Shown: positions 18,699 through 29,375, numbered from the stretch's first letter. The stretch is DNA of 64,000 bases from a bacterium (GCA_963674595.2 CAXXFV010000023.1:416001-480000); one strand, 5' to 3'. Notes: generated by a model from the letters alone, not told the origin. Made by a program: numbers and translations.

Positions 18699-20198
18699 AT
18701 GAATATTGGCAGAACAACACTGGGCAGTTTGGATTGGATTATTGTTATAATTTACGGCATTGGAATGTTGGCTGTTGGATTTTATTTTTCACGTAAAAAT
18801 AAAAGTTCGGATGATTATATGCTGGGAGGGAGAAACATGAAATCCTGGCGGGTCGGACTTTCCCTTTTTGCTACATTATTCAGTGCTGTCTCATATTTGT
18901 CTTTACCCGGTGAGATGATTAAACATGGTCCTATGATATGGTGTCTGCTGGCGGCGATTCCTTTTATTTATATCATTGTCAGTTATTTGTTTATCCCATT
19001 TATTATGAAATTGAAAATTTCCAGTGCCTATGAATTGCTGGAAACCCGTCTTGGAAAAAAGAACCGTATTTTAGCCTCTGTTTATTTTTTGATCATGCGA
19101 TTTGTTTGGATGTCCGTCATTATTTATATGTGTGCGGATAAAGTAATCGTACCGATTATGGGATGGTCTGAAAGTACGGCTTTGTGGGTCAGTATCATTA
19201 TGGGTGTTGTGACTGTTATTTATACCTCACAGGGAGGATTAAGAGGTGTTGTATTGACGGATGTTGTGCAAACTTTTATCTTGTTTGGCGGATCTTTGCT
19301 TGCTATCGTTCTTGTTGTAAAACAGTTGGGCAGTGTCTCTGCTATTATACCTTCTCAGTGGCCTGATCATTGGGACGGCTGGGTGTTTTTTGATACCAAA
19401 GCCAGAGTTAGTTTTGTAACGGCTGCTCTTTCAGTTTTTAGCTGGTATATTTGTACGGCAGGTTCTGACCAAATGGCCATTCAAAGGTATCTGGCAACAC
19501 GTGATGTTAAAGCTGCCCGTAAAATGTATCTCAGTTCTTTGCTTTCTAATGTTTTTGTTTATTTTATTTTGGCGGCCCTGGGACTTGCACTGATGGCATT
19601 TTTTAGTAACAATCCTCAACTTATTCCGGGTCATTCTACGTTGATGGAAAGTGCTGACTTGCTTTTCCCCCATTTTATTGTCATCGGTTTACCGGTAGGA
19701 TTTTCCGGCCTGGTACTGGCCGGGCTTTTGGCGGCTGCCATGTCCAGTTTGTCATCCGGAATTAATTCATCCTGTTTGGTTATTATTAAAGATTTTATCG
19801 TTCCTATGCGAAAAAATACATCGGAACAGGACCAGGTAAAGCTGGCAAAAATTATTTCCATCGTTATTGGTGTTGTTATTGTACTGTTGAGTTTGGTTAT
19901 CGGAAATGTTAAAGGCAATTTGCTGGAACTGACCTATAAAACCATCAATCTTTTAGTCGGGCCTCTTTTTGTTCCGTTTTTTGTGGCCATGTTTATGAAA
20001 AAAGCCACATCAACAGCTACTTTTATCGGTACTCTTTTCAGCGCACTTGTTGCTATACTGATCAGTTTTTCAAATGAAATTTTATCTGTTAATATTTCTT
20101 TTCTATGGATCATACCGGGATCTTTTATTGCAGGTGTTTTGGTAACTATTATATCAAGTTTTATTCGTTTTAAAGCCGATTCAAATAATTTGGATTAG
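18699..20198 (+). CDS. Sodium:solute symporter (SSS, SiaT-like)
   Basis: About 13 TM; DYMLGGR, SAYELLETR, GGLRGVVLTD, DQMAIQRYL, AAAMSSLSSGINS. Confidence 0.92.
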   Translation: MNIGRTTLGSLDWIIVIIYGIGMLAVGFYFSRKNKSSDDYMLGGRNMKSWRVGLSLFATLFSAVSYLSLPGEMIKHGPMIWCLLAAIPFIYIIVSYLFIPFIMKLKISSAYELLETRLGKKNRILASVYFLIMRFVWMSVIIYMCADKVIVPIMGWSESTALWVSIIMGVVTVIYTSQGGLRGVVLTDVVQTFILFGGSLLAIVLVVKQLGSVSAIIPSQWPDHWDGWVFFDTKARVSFVTAALSVFSWYICTAGSDQMAIQRYLATRDVKAARKMYLSSLLSNVFVYFILAALGLALMAFFSNNPQLIPGHSTLMESADLLFPHFIVIGLPVGFSGLVLAGLLAAAMSSLSSGINSSCLVIIKDFIVPMRKNTSEQDQVKLAKIISIVIGVVIVLLSLVIGNVKGNLLELTYKTINLLVGPLFVPFFVAMFMKKATSTATFIGTLFSALVAILISFSNEILSVNISFLWIIPGSFIAGVLVTIISSFIRFKADSNNLD

Positions 20199-20210
20199 AA
20201 TACGATATCT

Positions 20211-21221
20211 ATGTCAACAGGACAAAAAACAGGTAAATTAAAGTTAACGCTGTCTGAATCAGACACATATATATACGAGCGTCAAATTCGGCCCTATCTA
20301 CCGGAACGAATTTTTGATGCCCACTCACATCTTATGAATACGGATTTTCATCAGATTGATGAGGATTTTAATACAAATCCGTTTTTTTATAATGTTGAAA
20401 TGCAAGACCTGGAAAATTGGTGGCGGATTTTGTTTCTGAATGTCCGGGTAAACGGATTGATTATGGGAACACCCGTATTTGATTGTGATGTGGTTGCTGA
20501 AAATGATTATGTCAGTAAAAGTATAACGGATTCGAATAATCGTTTTTCTTTAATGGTACATCCGGAAATGTCTGCGGACAGGTTGGAAAAATATATACAA
20601 ATTTATAAACCGGCAGGACTAAAACCCTATCTGCTGTTTGCAAAGGTTAACGATCAAGAAAATGCAAATATTACGGATTTTATTTCCGAAGAACAAATAG
20701 AACTGGCAAACAAATATAAACTTGCTGTTACACTGCACGTGTCAAAAACTAGAGGCATGGCTGACCCTGATAATTTATCTCAAATTCGCCGACTGGTGCG
20801 GCAGTATCCTGATTGTCAGTTTATCCTTGCACATTGCGGCCGGTGTTTTATTTCCATTAATATGCAAGATGCTCTCGGTTCTCTGCCGGTCGCCGAAAAT
20901 TTATGGATTGATACCTCTGCCGTGTGTGATGTGGGCGTTTTTTTACATTTATTTTCCAAATATGATTCCGGCAGGATTTTATTCGGCACGGACCTGGTAA
21001 CACCGACAGCATTTAGAGGTGGCTATGTCGGATTGGGAATGGGATGGCATACCTGTACCTACCAAATGCTGGACCCGCACGGAAAACGGCAAAACCGTTC
21101 AACGTTTGCTGTTTATGAAAGTCTTTCAGCCCTTTTTCAGGCCGTCAGGTTTTGTAAATTGGACAAGAAAGAGATTGAAAATATATTTTATAATAATGCA
21201 GCGGCACTTTTTAATTTTTAA
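20211..21221 (+). CDS. Amidohydrolase_2 family metal-dependent hydrolase
   Basis: DAHSH, ILAHCG, DTS, LFGTD. Confidence 0.85.
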   Translation: MSTGQKTGKLKLTLSESDTYIYERQIRPYLPERIFDAHSHLMNTDFHQIDEDFNTNPFFYNVEMQDLENWWRILFLNVRVNGLIMGTPVFDCDVVAENDYVSKSITDSNNRFSLMVHPEMSADRLEKYIQIYKPAGLKPYLLFAKVNDQENANITDFISEEQIELANKYKLAVTLHVSKTRGMADPDNLSQIRRLVRQYPDCQFILAHCGRCFISINMQDALGSLPVAENLWIDTSAVCDVGVFLHLFSKYDSGRILFGTDLVTPTAFRGGYVGLGMGWHTCTYQMLDPHGKRQNRSTFAVYESLSALFQAVRFCKLDKKEIENIFYNNAAALFNF

Positions 21222-21236
21222 TTAAAGTTATTTAAT

Positions 21237-22577
21237 ATGAAAAGTAATATCACATCGAATTCTAAATTCAATAAATCAAAGGCACTGTACGATCAGGCTT
21301 GTGAGCTATTTCCCTATGGCACTCAATTGTTCAGCCGTCGGCCGGAATTAGGCGCGTTTGGTCAAGCTCCAATTTATTTTGATCATGCAAAGGACGCCCA
21401 TTTCTGGGACATTGACGGCAATGAATTCATTGATACGGCCATGGGTGTTGGTCCTGTTATTCTGGGTTACTGTTACGAATCCGTTGACCAGACGGTAAAA
21501 GAACAAATTGAAAAAGGTGTTTTGGGGAGCATTAATCACAAACTGGAGATTGATGTAGCGCAGGCCATTACCGAAATGGTGCCCTGTGCCGAAATGATCA
21601 AGTTTTGTAAAAGCGGCGGCGAGGCTGATGCCGTTGCCGTACGAATTGCCAGAGGATACACCGGTAAAGATAAAGTCGTTTTTTGCGGGTATCACGGCTG
21701 GCATGACTGGTATCTGGCTGCGAATCTGGAATCGGATTCTTCGCTTGACAGACATTTACTGCCCGGACTGGCGCCCAAAGGCGTGCCGGTTTCTCTGGCC
21801 GGGACCTGTCTGCCTTTTGAATATAATAATCTTGATCAGCTTGAATCGGTATTGAAAAACAACAGCGGTCAGGTCGCCTGTATTATTATGGAAGCAACGC
21901 GTTTTAAAAAACCGGAGCCCGGGTTCCTTGAAGGTGTGCGTCAATTGGCTGATAAACATGATTGTCTGTTGATTTTTGATGAAGTGATAACCGGATTTCG
22001 TATGTCGGCCGGGGGTGCGCAGGAGTTTTTTGGTGTTACTCCGGACCTTGCCACTTTTGCCAAAGCCATTGCCAACGGCTACTCTTTAGCGGCTGTTGCA
22101 GGTAAAAAAGAGATAATGAAAACCCAGGCGGATAATTTTATCAGCAGCACCTATTGGAGCGATTGTGTTTCCCTGGCAGCCGGACTCGCTACGTTAAATG
22201 AAATTAAAAGAAAACCGGTGATTGAAACCATTAATTCAACAGGTCACAAACTTGTCAAAAGTTTGAGCGAAACAGCCCAAAACCATGAACTCGATGTTAG
22301 TGTGTCCGGGCATGGATTTGATTTTACACTGAGTTTTAATTACGATGCCGTCTCACAGAAATTAATGACATTGTTCATTCAGGAAATGATTGAACGCGGC
22401 ATTTACACCAATGGTGTGTTTTATCCATGCTTTACACACAAACCTAAAGACATTGAGAAAATCCTTCTGGCGGCTGATCAGGTTTTTGCCGTGATAAAGC
22501 AGGGTATCCAAGAAAACAAGATAGACCAATTGTTAAAATGTCCGGTCCGTCAAACCGGTTTTCGCAGGCTTGCATAA
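21237..22577 (+). CDS. Class III aminotransferase, glutamate-1-semialdehyde aminomutase-like
   Basis: WDIDGNEFID, GYHGWHDWY, FDEVITGFR, FAKAIANG, SSTY. Confidence 0.88.
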   Translation: MKSNITSNSKFNKSKALYDQACELFPYGTQLFSRRPELGAFGQAPIYFDHAKDAHFWDIDGNEFIDTAMGVGPVILGYCYESVDQTVKEQIEKGVLGSINHKLEIDVAQAITEMVPCAEMIKFCKSGGEADAVAVRIARGYTGKDKVVFCGYHGWHDWYLAANLESDSSLDRHLLPGLAPKGVPVSLAGTCLPFEYNNLDQLESVLKNNSGQVACIIMEATRFKKPEPGFLEGVRQLADKHDCLLIFDEVITGFRMSAGGAQEFFGVTPDLATFAKAIANGYSLAAVAGKKEIMKTQADNFISSTYWSDCVSLAAGLATLNEIKRKPVIETINSTGHKLVKSLSETAQNHELDVSVSGHGFDFTLSFNYDAVSQKLMTLFIQEMIERGIYTNGVFYPCFTHKPKDIEKILLAADQVFAVIKQGIQENKIDQLLKCPVRQTGFRRLA

Positions 22578-22607
22578 CCATTTTAGACTAGTTAAACAGG
22601 AATTTTT

Positions 22608-23564
22608 ATGAACCAACGATTATTAGGACATACAGGAATTTCCGTATCGGAAATTTCCTTCGGTGGTGTGGAAATCGGTATTCCCTACGGCATCGGCGTT
22701 AACAGTGTTGAGGACATGCCGACCGATTCCCAATCGATTGATCTTTTACATGCTGCCATTGACAAAGGTATCAATTTTTTTGATACGGCCAGGGCCTATG
22801 GGCGCAGCGAAGAAATTATGGGCAAAGCATTTAAGGGAAAAAGAGACCAGGTCGTCATTTGTACCAAATGCAGCCATTTATCCTCTGATGAAGAAAAGTT
22901 GGCCGATAAGCAGTATGTGACAGAAACAATAAATTCTTCAATTCAACAGAGTTTGTCCGAGTTGCAAACCGATTATATCGATGTTTATAAACTGCACAAC
23001 GCTCATCCGAATATATTAAAAAATGAGACTGTTTTAGATACTTTTGCAAAATTAAAAAAAGAGGGTCTTGTACGGGCGGCTGGTGTTTCCACCTATGCGG
23101 TGCAGGAAACGCAGCTCGCCATTGAACAGGGTGTGTGGGATGTTGTACAATTGTCGTTCAACCTGCTGGACCAGCGTCAATTAGCCCTTTTTGATATGGC
23201 CCAAAAAGCCGGTATCGGCATTGTTATCCGTTCGGTTTTGTTAAAGGGTATTTTAAGTGACAAGGGGCGTAACCTGCATCCGGCATTAAAAACCGTCCAG
23301 GAATACCGGGAACGTTACCAGTCCCTGTTGGATGATAATGTTTCTTCACTGTCGGTATTGGCGACAAAATTTGCCTTGTCATTTTCCCAGGTTTCTTCTG
23401 TTCTTGTCGGCATCGACCGTATGGAATACCTGGAAAAAGCCGTTGAAACGGCTGATGGGCACTATTTGAATTCAGATGTTTTACAAAAATTAAAAAACCT
23501 TGCCTATCCGGACCCGGCATTTCTTGATTTACCGAAATGGGACCGTGAGGGATGGTTAAAATAA
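22608..23564 (+). CDS. Aldo/keto reductase
   Basis: GINFFDTARAYGRSE, TK, DYID, GVS. Confidence 0.92.
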   Translation: MNQRLLGHTGISVSEISFGGVEIGIPYGIGVNSVEDMPTDSQSIDLLHAAIDKGINFFDTARAYGRSEEIMGKAFKGKRDQVVICTKCSHLSSDEEKLADKQYVTETINSSIQQSLSELQTDYIDVYKLHNAHPNILKNETVLDTFAKLKKEGLVRAAGVSTYAVQETQLAIEQGVWDVVQLSFNLLDQRQLALFDMAQKAGIGIVIRSVLLKGILSDKGRNLHPALKTVQEYRERYQSLLDDNVSSLSVLATKFALSFSQVSSVLVGIDRMEYLEKAVETADGHYLNSDVLQKLKNLAYPDPAFLDLPKWDREGWLK

Positions 23565-23593
23565 ATCAGAATTTTAAATTTGCGAGATAAATT

Positions 23594-24511
23594 ATGTTAA
23601 AATTAGGTGTCATCGGTATGAGTCCGGGAAATGGTCATCCCTATTCCTGGTCTGCTATTATTAACGGCGATTATAATAAACAGGTAATGGATACATGTGA
23701 ATTTGCCGGTATCCCGGTTTACCTGGCTGCCAACAAGGACACATTGGGCATCAACGGGGCCAACGTTACCCATATCTGGACCCAGGAAAAACAGATTTCG
23801 CAGCATATTGCCGAAGCAAGTTTAATTGACAATATTGTTGAAAATCCCCGGGACATGATCGGCCAGGTTGATGCTGTTTTATTGGCCCGGGATGATCCGG
23901 AAAATCATGTGCAAATGGCCAAACCCTTTATCGATGCTGGTGTGCCGATTTTTATCGACAAACCGCTGGCATGTACGGCTAAAGATTTGGAATATTTTAC
24001 CGAAATGAATAACAGCGACAAATTTATCATGTCCTGTTCTTCCATGCGCTATGCCACTGAAAGCCGTGCTGTTAAGACGGAAATGGCTTCCATCGGAAAG
24101 ATCGAACTGGTAACTGCTGTCGGCAAAAAAGACTGGATTAAATACGGCGTGCACATGCTGGAAGGTCTTTTTGCCTTTTTGGATGATCCGATTGCCAAAA
24201 CAGTCACCCATGTGAGTTCCTCCCATAAAGACATTGTCTATGTGGAATTTGAAACCGGCTTGGTGGCCACGGTCCATCTTTTTTATGATATTGTTCCGAC
24301 TTTTCAAATATCCGTATTCGGACAGTCGGGCTGGCGTTTGATCGAATATAAAAACTGGTACGCCATGTTTCGAGATAATCTTATCGAATTTATACGTTCC
24401 GTCCAACAAGGACAACCCAGATTGACCTTTGATAAAACACAAAACATTATTAAAACCCTGATCGGCGCCCAACAAAGCCTGGAAAAAGGTGGTGTGAAAA
24501 TTTCATTATAA
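23594..24511 (+). CDS. Gfo/Idh/MocA family oxidoreductase
   Basis: N-terminal Rossmann fold, FIDKPL, YGVH. Confidence 0.8.
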   Translation: MLKLGVIGMSPGNGHPYSWSAIINGDYNKQVMDTCEFAGIPVYLAANKDTLGINGANVTHIWTQEKQISQHIAEASLIDNIVENPRDMIGQVDAVLLARDDPENHVQMAKPFIDAGVPIFIDKPLACTAKDLEYFTEMNNSDKFIMSCSSMRYATESRAVKTEMASIGKIELVTAVGKKDWIKYGVHMLEGLFAFLDDPIAKTVTHVSSSHKDIVYVEFETGLVATVHLFYDIVPTFQISVFGQSGWRLIEYKNWYAMFRDNLIEFIRSVQQGQPRLTFDKTQNIIKTLIGAQQSLEKGGVKISL

Positions 24512-24521
24512 AGGATTTAAA

Positions 24522-26012
24522 ATGATTCGTTTTATTTTTAAAACCGCAGCTCTATTTATTATAGTAATTATAACAGGTTGTTCACAACCGCAGAAAGAGA
24601 TTGTTAAGAACCTGGTTGCCGACAAAAGTAATTTCAGAGAAAACATCGGCGGTGAATTTATTGTTCACAAATGGGAAAAAGAAGGTAAACCGGTATTTGA
24701 AAAAAAATATGATTGGGAAGGAATTGGTCCCAATTATGTTAAGGTTTTTAAAAAAGGTGACGGATACCTCATGTTTTACGGAGGATATTGCCTCGAAGGC
24801 GTGAATAAAAATAATTATCCAACGGGAATCGCCTGGTCGGATGATGGCTTGAACTGGAAACGTCAACCTAATAGTCTTGATAAAGACGGATTTGACTATC
24901 AGGCATTGGACAGGGCTTATTTCCCGGACAATCCAACCGGATTTGATTATCTCGGAATTGCCATTTATCGAGCCACAAAAGAATTGCCCTTTAGAGCAGA
25001 CTTTTACAAATCGGAAAACGGACTTGACTGGGAAAAGTTTAAAAAAGACGAAAAGACATGGTGGTTTGGTCCTTCTGATGTGATCGACTTTTTTTATGAT
25101 TACACCCGAAAAAAGTTTTACATGTACCATAAAATCTGGAAGGTTGAGGGCACAAAACTTGATGGAGAAAAATATGTTGGCTATTTCCCATCTTTTAGAC
25201 CTGAAATGGACAAAGAAAAAGAGACCGTTCGAATTACGGCAATAAAAGAACTTTTCACAAACAATGAAAATATAGATATTACGTTGCATTGCAAAGGGAA
25301 TGGTCATCAGGACGGCGGCGGCGGGACCATTACCAAAGACATGCGAATGCTGCGGGTGATTGCCATTGCAGAGAGTAAAGATTTTTTAACCTGGACAAAT
25401 CAACATGTTTTATTAGAACCCGAATTTGATAATTTAACCGCGCAGTTTTATTCGTCTCCGGTGCTGCCTGTTTACGGTATCCATGTTTGTTTTCCTCGCT
25501 ATTTGCAGGGTGACACCGGAGAAATGACGGTATTATTTGGCATGAGTGATACGAAAAAGCTGGAATTAGCGTCACTCGAACCAGTGCTTGCGTGCGGTCC
25601 AAAGGGTGCGTGGGATTCAGGCCTTATATTGGGTTCCGAGCCGATTGAACTTGACGGCAAATTGTGCATGTATTACACGGGAAGAAGAACAGATCACACG
25701 ATTAGTGTCACCTCCACGCATATTTCTGCTCTTGGCAGGGCCTGGCTGCGTATTGATGGTTTTGTATCGTTTACCGGCGGGAGGCTCGTTACCAAAAACA
25801 TGGATGTCAATGGCACCAAATTAATAATCAATGCAAAGGGAAAAGTAACAGCAAGACTCTTTGATGAGAATGGTACTGAGATAAATTCCGGTGCTTTTTC
25901 CGGAAACTGTATAAATGGAATAATGATGGAAACAGCCCCGCAAAAAGGCCAAACAGGGTATATTGAATTTGATTGCCATGAAGGTGAGTTGTTTTCTTTT
26001 TGGTTTGAATAA
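24522..26012 (+). CDS. Lipoprotein, GH32/GH43-like beta-propeller (paralog 2, divergent)
   Basis: Lipobox ITGC, SDDGLNW, SENGLDW, GAWDSG, LRIDGF. Confidence 0.6.
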   Translation: MIRFIFKTAALFIIVIITGCSQPQKEIVKNLVADKSNFRENIGGEFIVHKWEKEGKPVFEKKYDWEGIGPNYVKVFKKGDGYLMFYGGYCLEGVNKNNYPTGIAWSDDGLNWKRQPNSLDKDGFDYQALDRAYFPDNPTGFDYLGIAIYRATKELPFRADFYKSENGLDWEKFKKDEKTWWFGPSDVIDFFYDYTRKKFYMYHKIWKVEGTKLDGEKYVGYFPSFRPEMDKEKETVRITAIKELFTNNENIDITLHCKGNGHQDGGGGTITKDMRMLRVIAIAESKDFLTWTNQHVLLEPEFDNLTAQFYSSPVLPVYGIHVCFPRYLQGDTGEMTVLFGMSDTKKLELASLEPVLACGPKGAWDSGLILGSEPIELDGKLCMYYTGRRTDHTISVTSTHISALGRAWLRIDGFVSFTGGRLVTKNMDVNGTKLIINAKGKVTARLFDENGTEINSGAFSGNCINGIMMETAPQKGQTGYIEFDCHEGELFSFWFE

Positions 26013-26032
26013 AAATTATAACAGGAAAGTAT

Positions 26033-27142
26033 ATGACACCCAGAGAACGTGTTAAAGCTGTATATAAAGGTCAAACACCGGATAAAGTCCCTTTAATGCT
26101 GGACCTTTCACACTGGTATAAAAAAAATTACAATGTGTTTTTTGATCTGACGGGCTTTAAAAAGGTTGAGCAGCCGTTGGTGGATTTGCATAAAAAATGT
26201 GGTGCGGTTTTATATGTTGAGACCGGCAGTCATACTGAAATATATTATGAGGACGATACCATCAAGTCAAATGCCTGGACTGATGAGGAAGGTGTTTTTC
26301 ATACGGAAATAGTTACCCCACTCGGTACAATTTCCGAAGAGCGGGTATTCAGTCCGGAATCTTATTCTTATCATGTTCGGAAATGGCTGGTACAGAATAT
26401 TAATGATATAAAGATATTGGAATATGCCATGCAGCGGAGAAAATGCAGACCCCTGTTTGACCGCTATAATGCATGGACAGAAGCGACCGGTGAATTGGGT
26501 TATATTTATACGGCGTTACCCTATTCCGGCTTGGGATTCCTGATTTCTCGTTTCATGGGTGTTGAAAATACGATCATGGCCATTTATGATTACCCAAAGG
26601 AAATTGAAAATTTTATCACAACTGTAAATGAATCCAATCTGAAAATACTTGATGCAATTATTGATCAACCATTTGAGACATTGATTGTTGGTGATAACCA
26701 TGATTCAAATGTACAAAGTCCGGCGTTGTTTAAAAGATTTACTTTTGACTATTATAAAGAAATTGCCCGACGTGTTCATGAAAAAAACAAATTCCTGGCC
26801 GTACATGTTGATGGTGAGATGAGAGGATTATTAAAGTTAATGGCCGAATGTGATGTTGATTGTATTGACGCAGCCACCCCGGCGCCCATGTTTGCTTTAT
26901 CTCCTGAACAAGCGCGAGAAGAAGCCGGTAAAGATTTGATCCTGTCGGGCGGCATTCCGGCCACGGTTTTTGGTAAAACCGGTACGGATAAAGAGTTTAT
27001 TGATTCGGTAAAACGCTGGCTGGAAACAAAAAATCAATCGTCCCGGCTCATTCTCGCTGCCGGTGACCAGGTGCCGACAGATGCACCCTGGCATCGTATT
27101 GAAATGCTTTCACAGCTTGTGGATGAATACGGAAGATATTAG
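26033..27142 (+). CDS. Uroporphyrinogen decarboxylase/MtaA-fold family protein
   Basis: MTPRERV...PDKVP start, TPLG, HVDG, LSGGIP, ILAAGD. Confidence 0.8.
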   Translation: MTPRERVKAVYKGQTPDKVPLMLDLSHWYKKNYNVFFDLTGFKKVEQPLVDLHKKCGAVLYVETGSHTEIYYEDDTIKSNAWTDEEGVFHTEIVTPLGTISEERVFSPESYSYHVRKWLVQNINDIKILEYAMQRRKCRPLFDRYNAWTEATGELGYIYTALPYSGLGFLISRFMGVENTIMAIYDYPKEIENFITTVNESNLKILDAIIDQPFETLIVGDNHDSNVQSPALFKRFTFDYYKEIARRVHEKNKFLAVHVDGEMRGLLKLMAECDVDCIDAATPAPMFALSPEQAREEAGKDLILSGGIPATVFGKTGTDKEFIDSVKRWLETKNQSSRLILAAGDQVPTDAPWHRIEMLSQLVDEYGRY

Positions 27143-27172
27143 TTTTAATTATTGAGAATATAGAGAGAACCT

Positions 27173-28105
27173 ATGAAACCCCTGAAACACCATGAAATTC
27201 GCGGTAATTGGGCGACATTACTTTTGCCGATTCAAAGTGATGATTCGATTGATTATTCGCTGCTATCCGAACAAATTGACCGGTTTATAGAATTTAAAGT
27301 CAGCGGCATTTATTCCAACGGAACGGCCGGTGAATTTTATAATCAAACAGAGCAAGAGTTTGACAAAATCAGTGAATTGCTGGCCGAAAAGTGTAACAAA
27401 GCTGATATGCCTTTTCAAATCGGTGTCAGTCACATGAGTCCGATACTTTCGCTGGGACGTTTGCAGCGGGCTGTCCAACTAAAACCCGGCGCTGTTCAGG
27501 TTATCTTGCCGGATTGGGCGCCGACCTGTTTTGAAGAAAATGTTGTGTTTATGCAGAGAATGGCTGAACAGGCCGGAGATATTGGACTGGTTTTATACAA
27601 TCCTCCCCATGCAAAGCGTCATTTACCACCGGCTGGTATTATAAAACTAAAGCAGCACCTGCCTTCACTCATCGGTGTTAAAACGGCCGGAGGCGTTGCA
27701 ACCTGGTATCAAGAAATGCAAAGCATCATGTCTGAACTTTCGGTTTTTGTTCCCGGACACAAACTAGCCGGAGGTTTTCAGCAAGGTGCGCATGGCGCCT
27801 ATTCAAATGCAGCCTGTTTGAATCCGTTGGCTGCACAATTGTGGTATAACCAAATGCTGGTAAATATTGACGAGGCGCTTTTACTGGAAAAGCGTATTGT
27901 CACGTTTTTTGAAGATTATATCAGGCCTTATATTACAAAACAACAATATTCCAATCAAGCCGTTGATAAACTGTTGGCTTGCATCGGCAACTGGACGCCG
28001 ATCTCGCCCCGTTTGAGATGGCCCTATAAATCTGTTCCTGAACAGGATGTAAAGGAAATACGAAAAGCCGGTAAGGCGTTGTTACCCGAATTTATACTAA
28101 ATTAA
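27173..28105 (+). CDS. DapA/NanA-family class I aldolase
   Basis: NGTAGEF, LYNPP, GVK (Schiff-base lysine). Confidence 0.85.
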   Translation: MKPLKHHEIRGNWATLLLPIQSDDSIDYSLLSEQIDRFIEFKVSGIYSNGTAGEFYNQTEQEFDKISELLAEKCNKADMPFQIGVSHMSPILSLGRLQRAVQLKPGAVQVILPDWAPTCFEENVVFMQRMAEQAGDIGLVLYNPPHAKRHLPPAGIIKLKQHLPSLIGVKTAGGVATWYQEMQSIMSELSVFVPGHKLAGGFQQGAHGAYSNAACLNPLAAQLWYNQMLVNIDEALLLEKRIVTFFEDYIRPYITKQQYSNQAVDKLLACIGNWTPISPRLRWPYKSVPEQDVKEIRKAGKALLPEFILN

Positions 28106-28178
28106 AAATTAATACGTTCGTTAATGTCCAGGTTTTTGAAACAGTCAACCGAAACAGAACAAGGAAAGGAATTTTGAT

Positions 28179-29348
28179 ATGAGAGATTACAAAAAATTTG
28201 CCTTAAAATTAATTTTTTTATGCTTTGTATTTTCCGGTCAGTTGTACAGTCAAAAAATATCAGCAGAAATTATTTCTTCAAAAATTATCTGCTCTGAAGC
28301 TGACAGGTATATTGGTTGGCCCACAGTTATCTTGACACAGGAAAAAGAACTTGTTGCTGTTTTCTCCGGAGACCGGGATTATCATGTATGTCCGTGGGGA
28401 AAAACGCAAATGATAAAAAGTACCGACATGGGTGAAACCTGGTCGGAACCGGTGACGATTAATAATACACCTCTTGATGACCGGGATGCCGGTATTTTGC
28501 AGACATCCAAAGGAACGCTGCTTGTCACATGGTTTACGTCAAAGTTTTTTATATACGCTTGTGAAGAAAAAGATGACAGATGGCCGGTAGAAACATGGGA
28601 AAGACATATTGAAAAAATCAGTGCGGAAACCCAGAAAAAATGGCTTGGAAATTGGGTGCGCCGGTCTGAAGACGGCGGCAGAACATGGGGTGAATATATT
28701 CCTACAATTGTTAACGCTCCCCATGGTCCTGTTCAACTTGCAGATGGACGGCTATTGTACCTGGGTATCAATCAAATAATCGGAGATAAAAAAAGTGAGA
28801 ATCCTCCGGACCAGCAGCGTATGGCCGCCGCAGAGTCCGTTGATGATGGATTGACATGGAATATTATCGGTTATATCCCTGTGCCTGAGGGAATGGAAAA
28901 TGATGCAAAAGGTTGTCATGAACTTCATGTTGCTGAATGTAAAGACGGGAAAATTGTAGCCATGATTCGTAAACACGGCGAGCCCGGAGATCGTTATTTG
29001 TGGCAATCAGAGAGCAGTGACGGCGGCAAAACCTGGACTATGGCGCACCAAACGGAAATTTGGGGATTCCCGCCGCATCTTTTATGTTTAAATGACGGGC
29101 GACTTTTAGTAACCTATGGCCGCCGAAAAGAACCGTTTAGCGAGCGGGCTTGCATCAGTTCGGATGGCGGTGAAACCTGGGACGTTGAAAACGAACTGAC
29201 TATATCAAATGCAGCGAATAGTGATCTCGGTTATCCGGCATCTGTTCAGCTTGATGACGGATCTATATACACTGTTTTTTATCAGGCCCCTGCAGACGGG
29301 CAAAAGACCTGTTTAATGGGGACACATTGGCGTATTGTAGAAAATTAA
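28179..29348 (+). CDS. Exported BNR/Asp-box sialidase-like protein
   Basis: Signal peptide and five Asp-boxes (STDMGETW, SEDGGRTW, SVDDGLTW, SSDGGKTW, SSDGGETW); DLGYP. Confidence 0.85.
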   Translation: MRDYKKFALKLIFLCFVFSGQLYSQKISAEIISSKIICSEADRYIGWPTVILTQEKELVAVFSGDRDYHVCPWGKTQMIKSTDMGETWSEPVTINNTPLDDRDAGILQTSKGTLLVTWFTSKFFIYACEEKDDRWPVETWERHIEKISAETQKKWLGNWVRRSEDGGRTWGEYIPTIVNAPHGPVQLADGRLLYLGINQIIGDKKSENPPDQQRMAAAESVDDGLTWNIIGYIPVPEGMENDAKGCHELHVAECKDGKIVAMIRKHGEPGDRYLWQSESSDGGKTWTMAHQTEIWGFPPHLLCLNDGRLLVTYGRRKEPFSERACISSDGGETWDVENELTISNAANSDLGYPASVQLDDGSIYTVFYQAPADGQKTCLMGTHWRIVEN

Positions 29349-29375
29349 TTTTATAAGGATAAAAGGAATATCGTT

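Noticed and set aside
24582-25307. 241-aa antisense ORF, and similar shadows such as 1506-1985, 15129-15659 and 23879-24475
   Set aside because: Each lies opposite a well-supported gene and shows no recognisable motif or SD.
21237-27142. hemL plus hemE as a tetrapyrrole biosynthesis cluster
   Set aside because: Both are divergent family members, no other hem genes are present, and the context is sugar catabolism.
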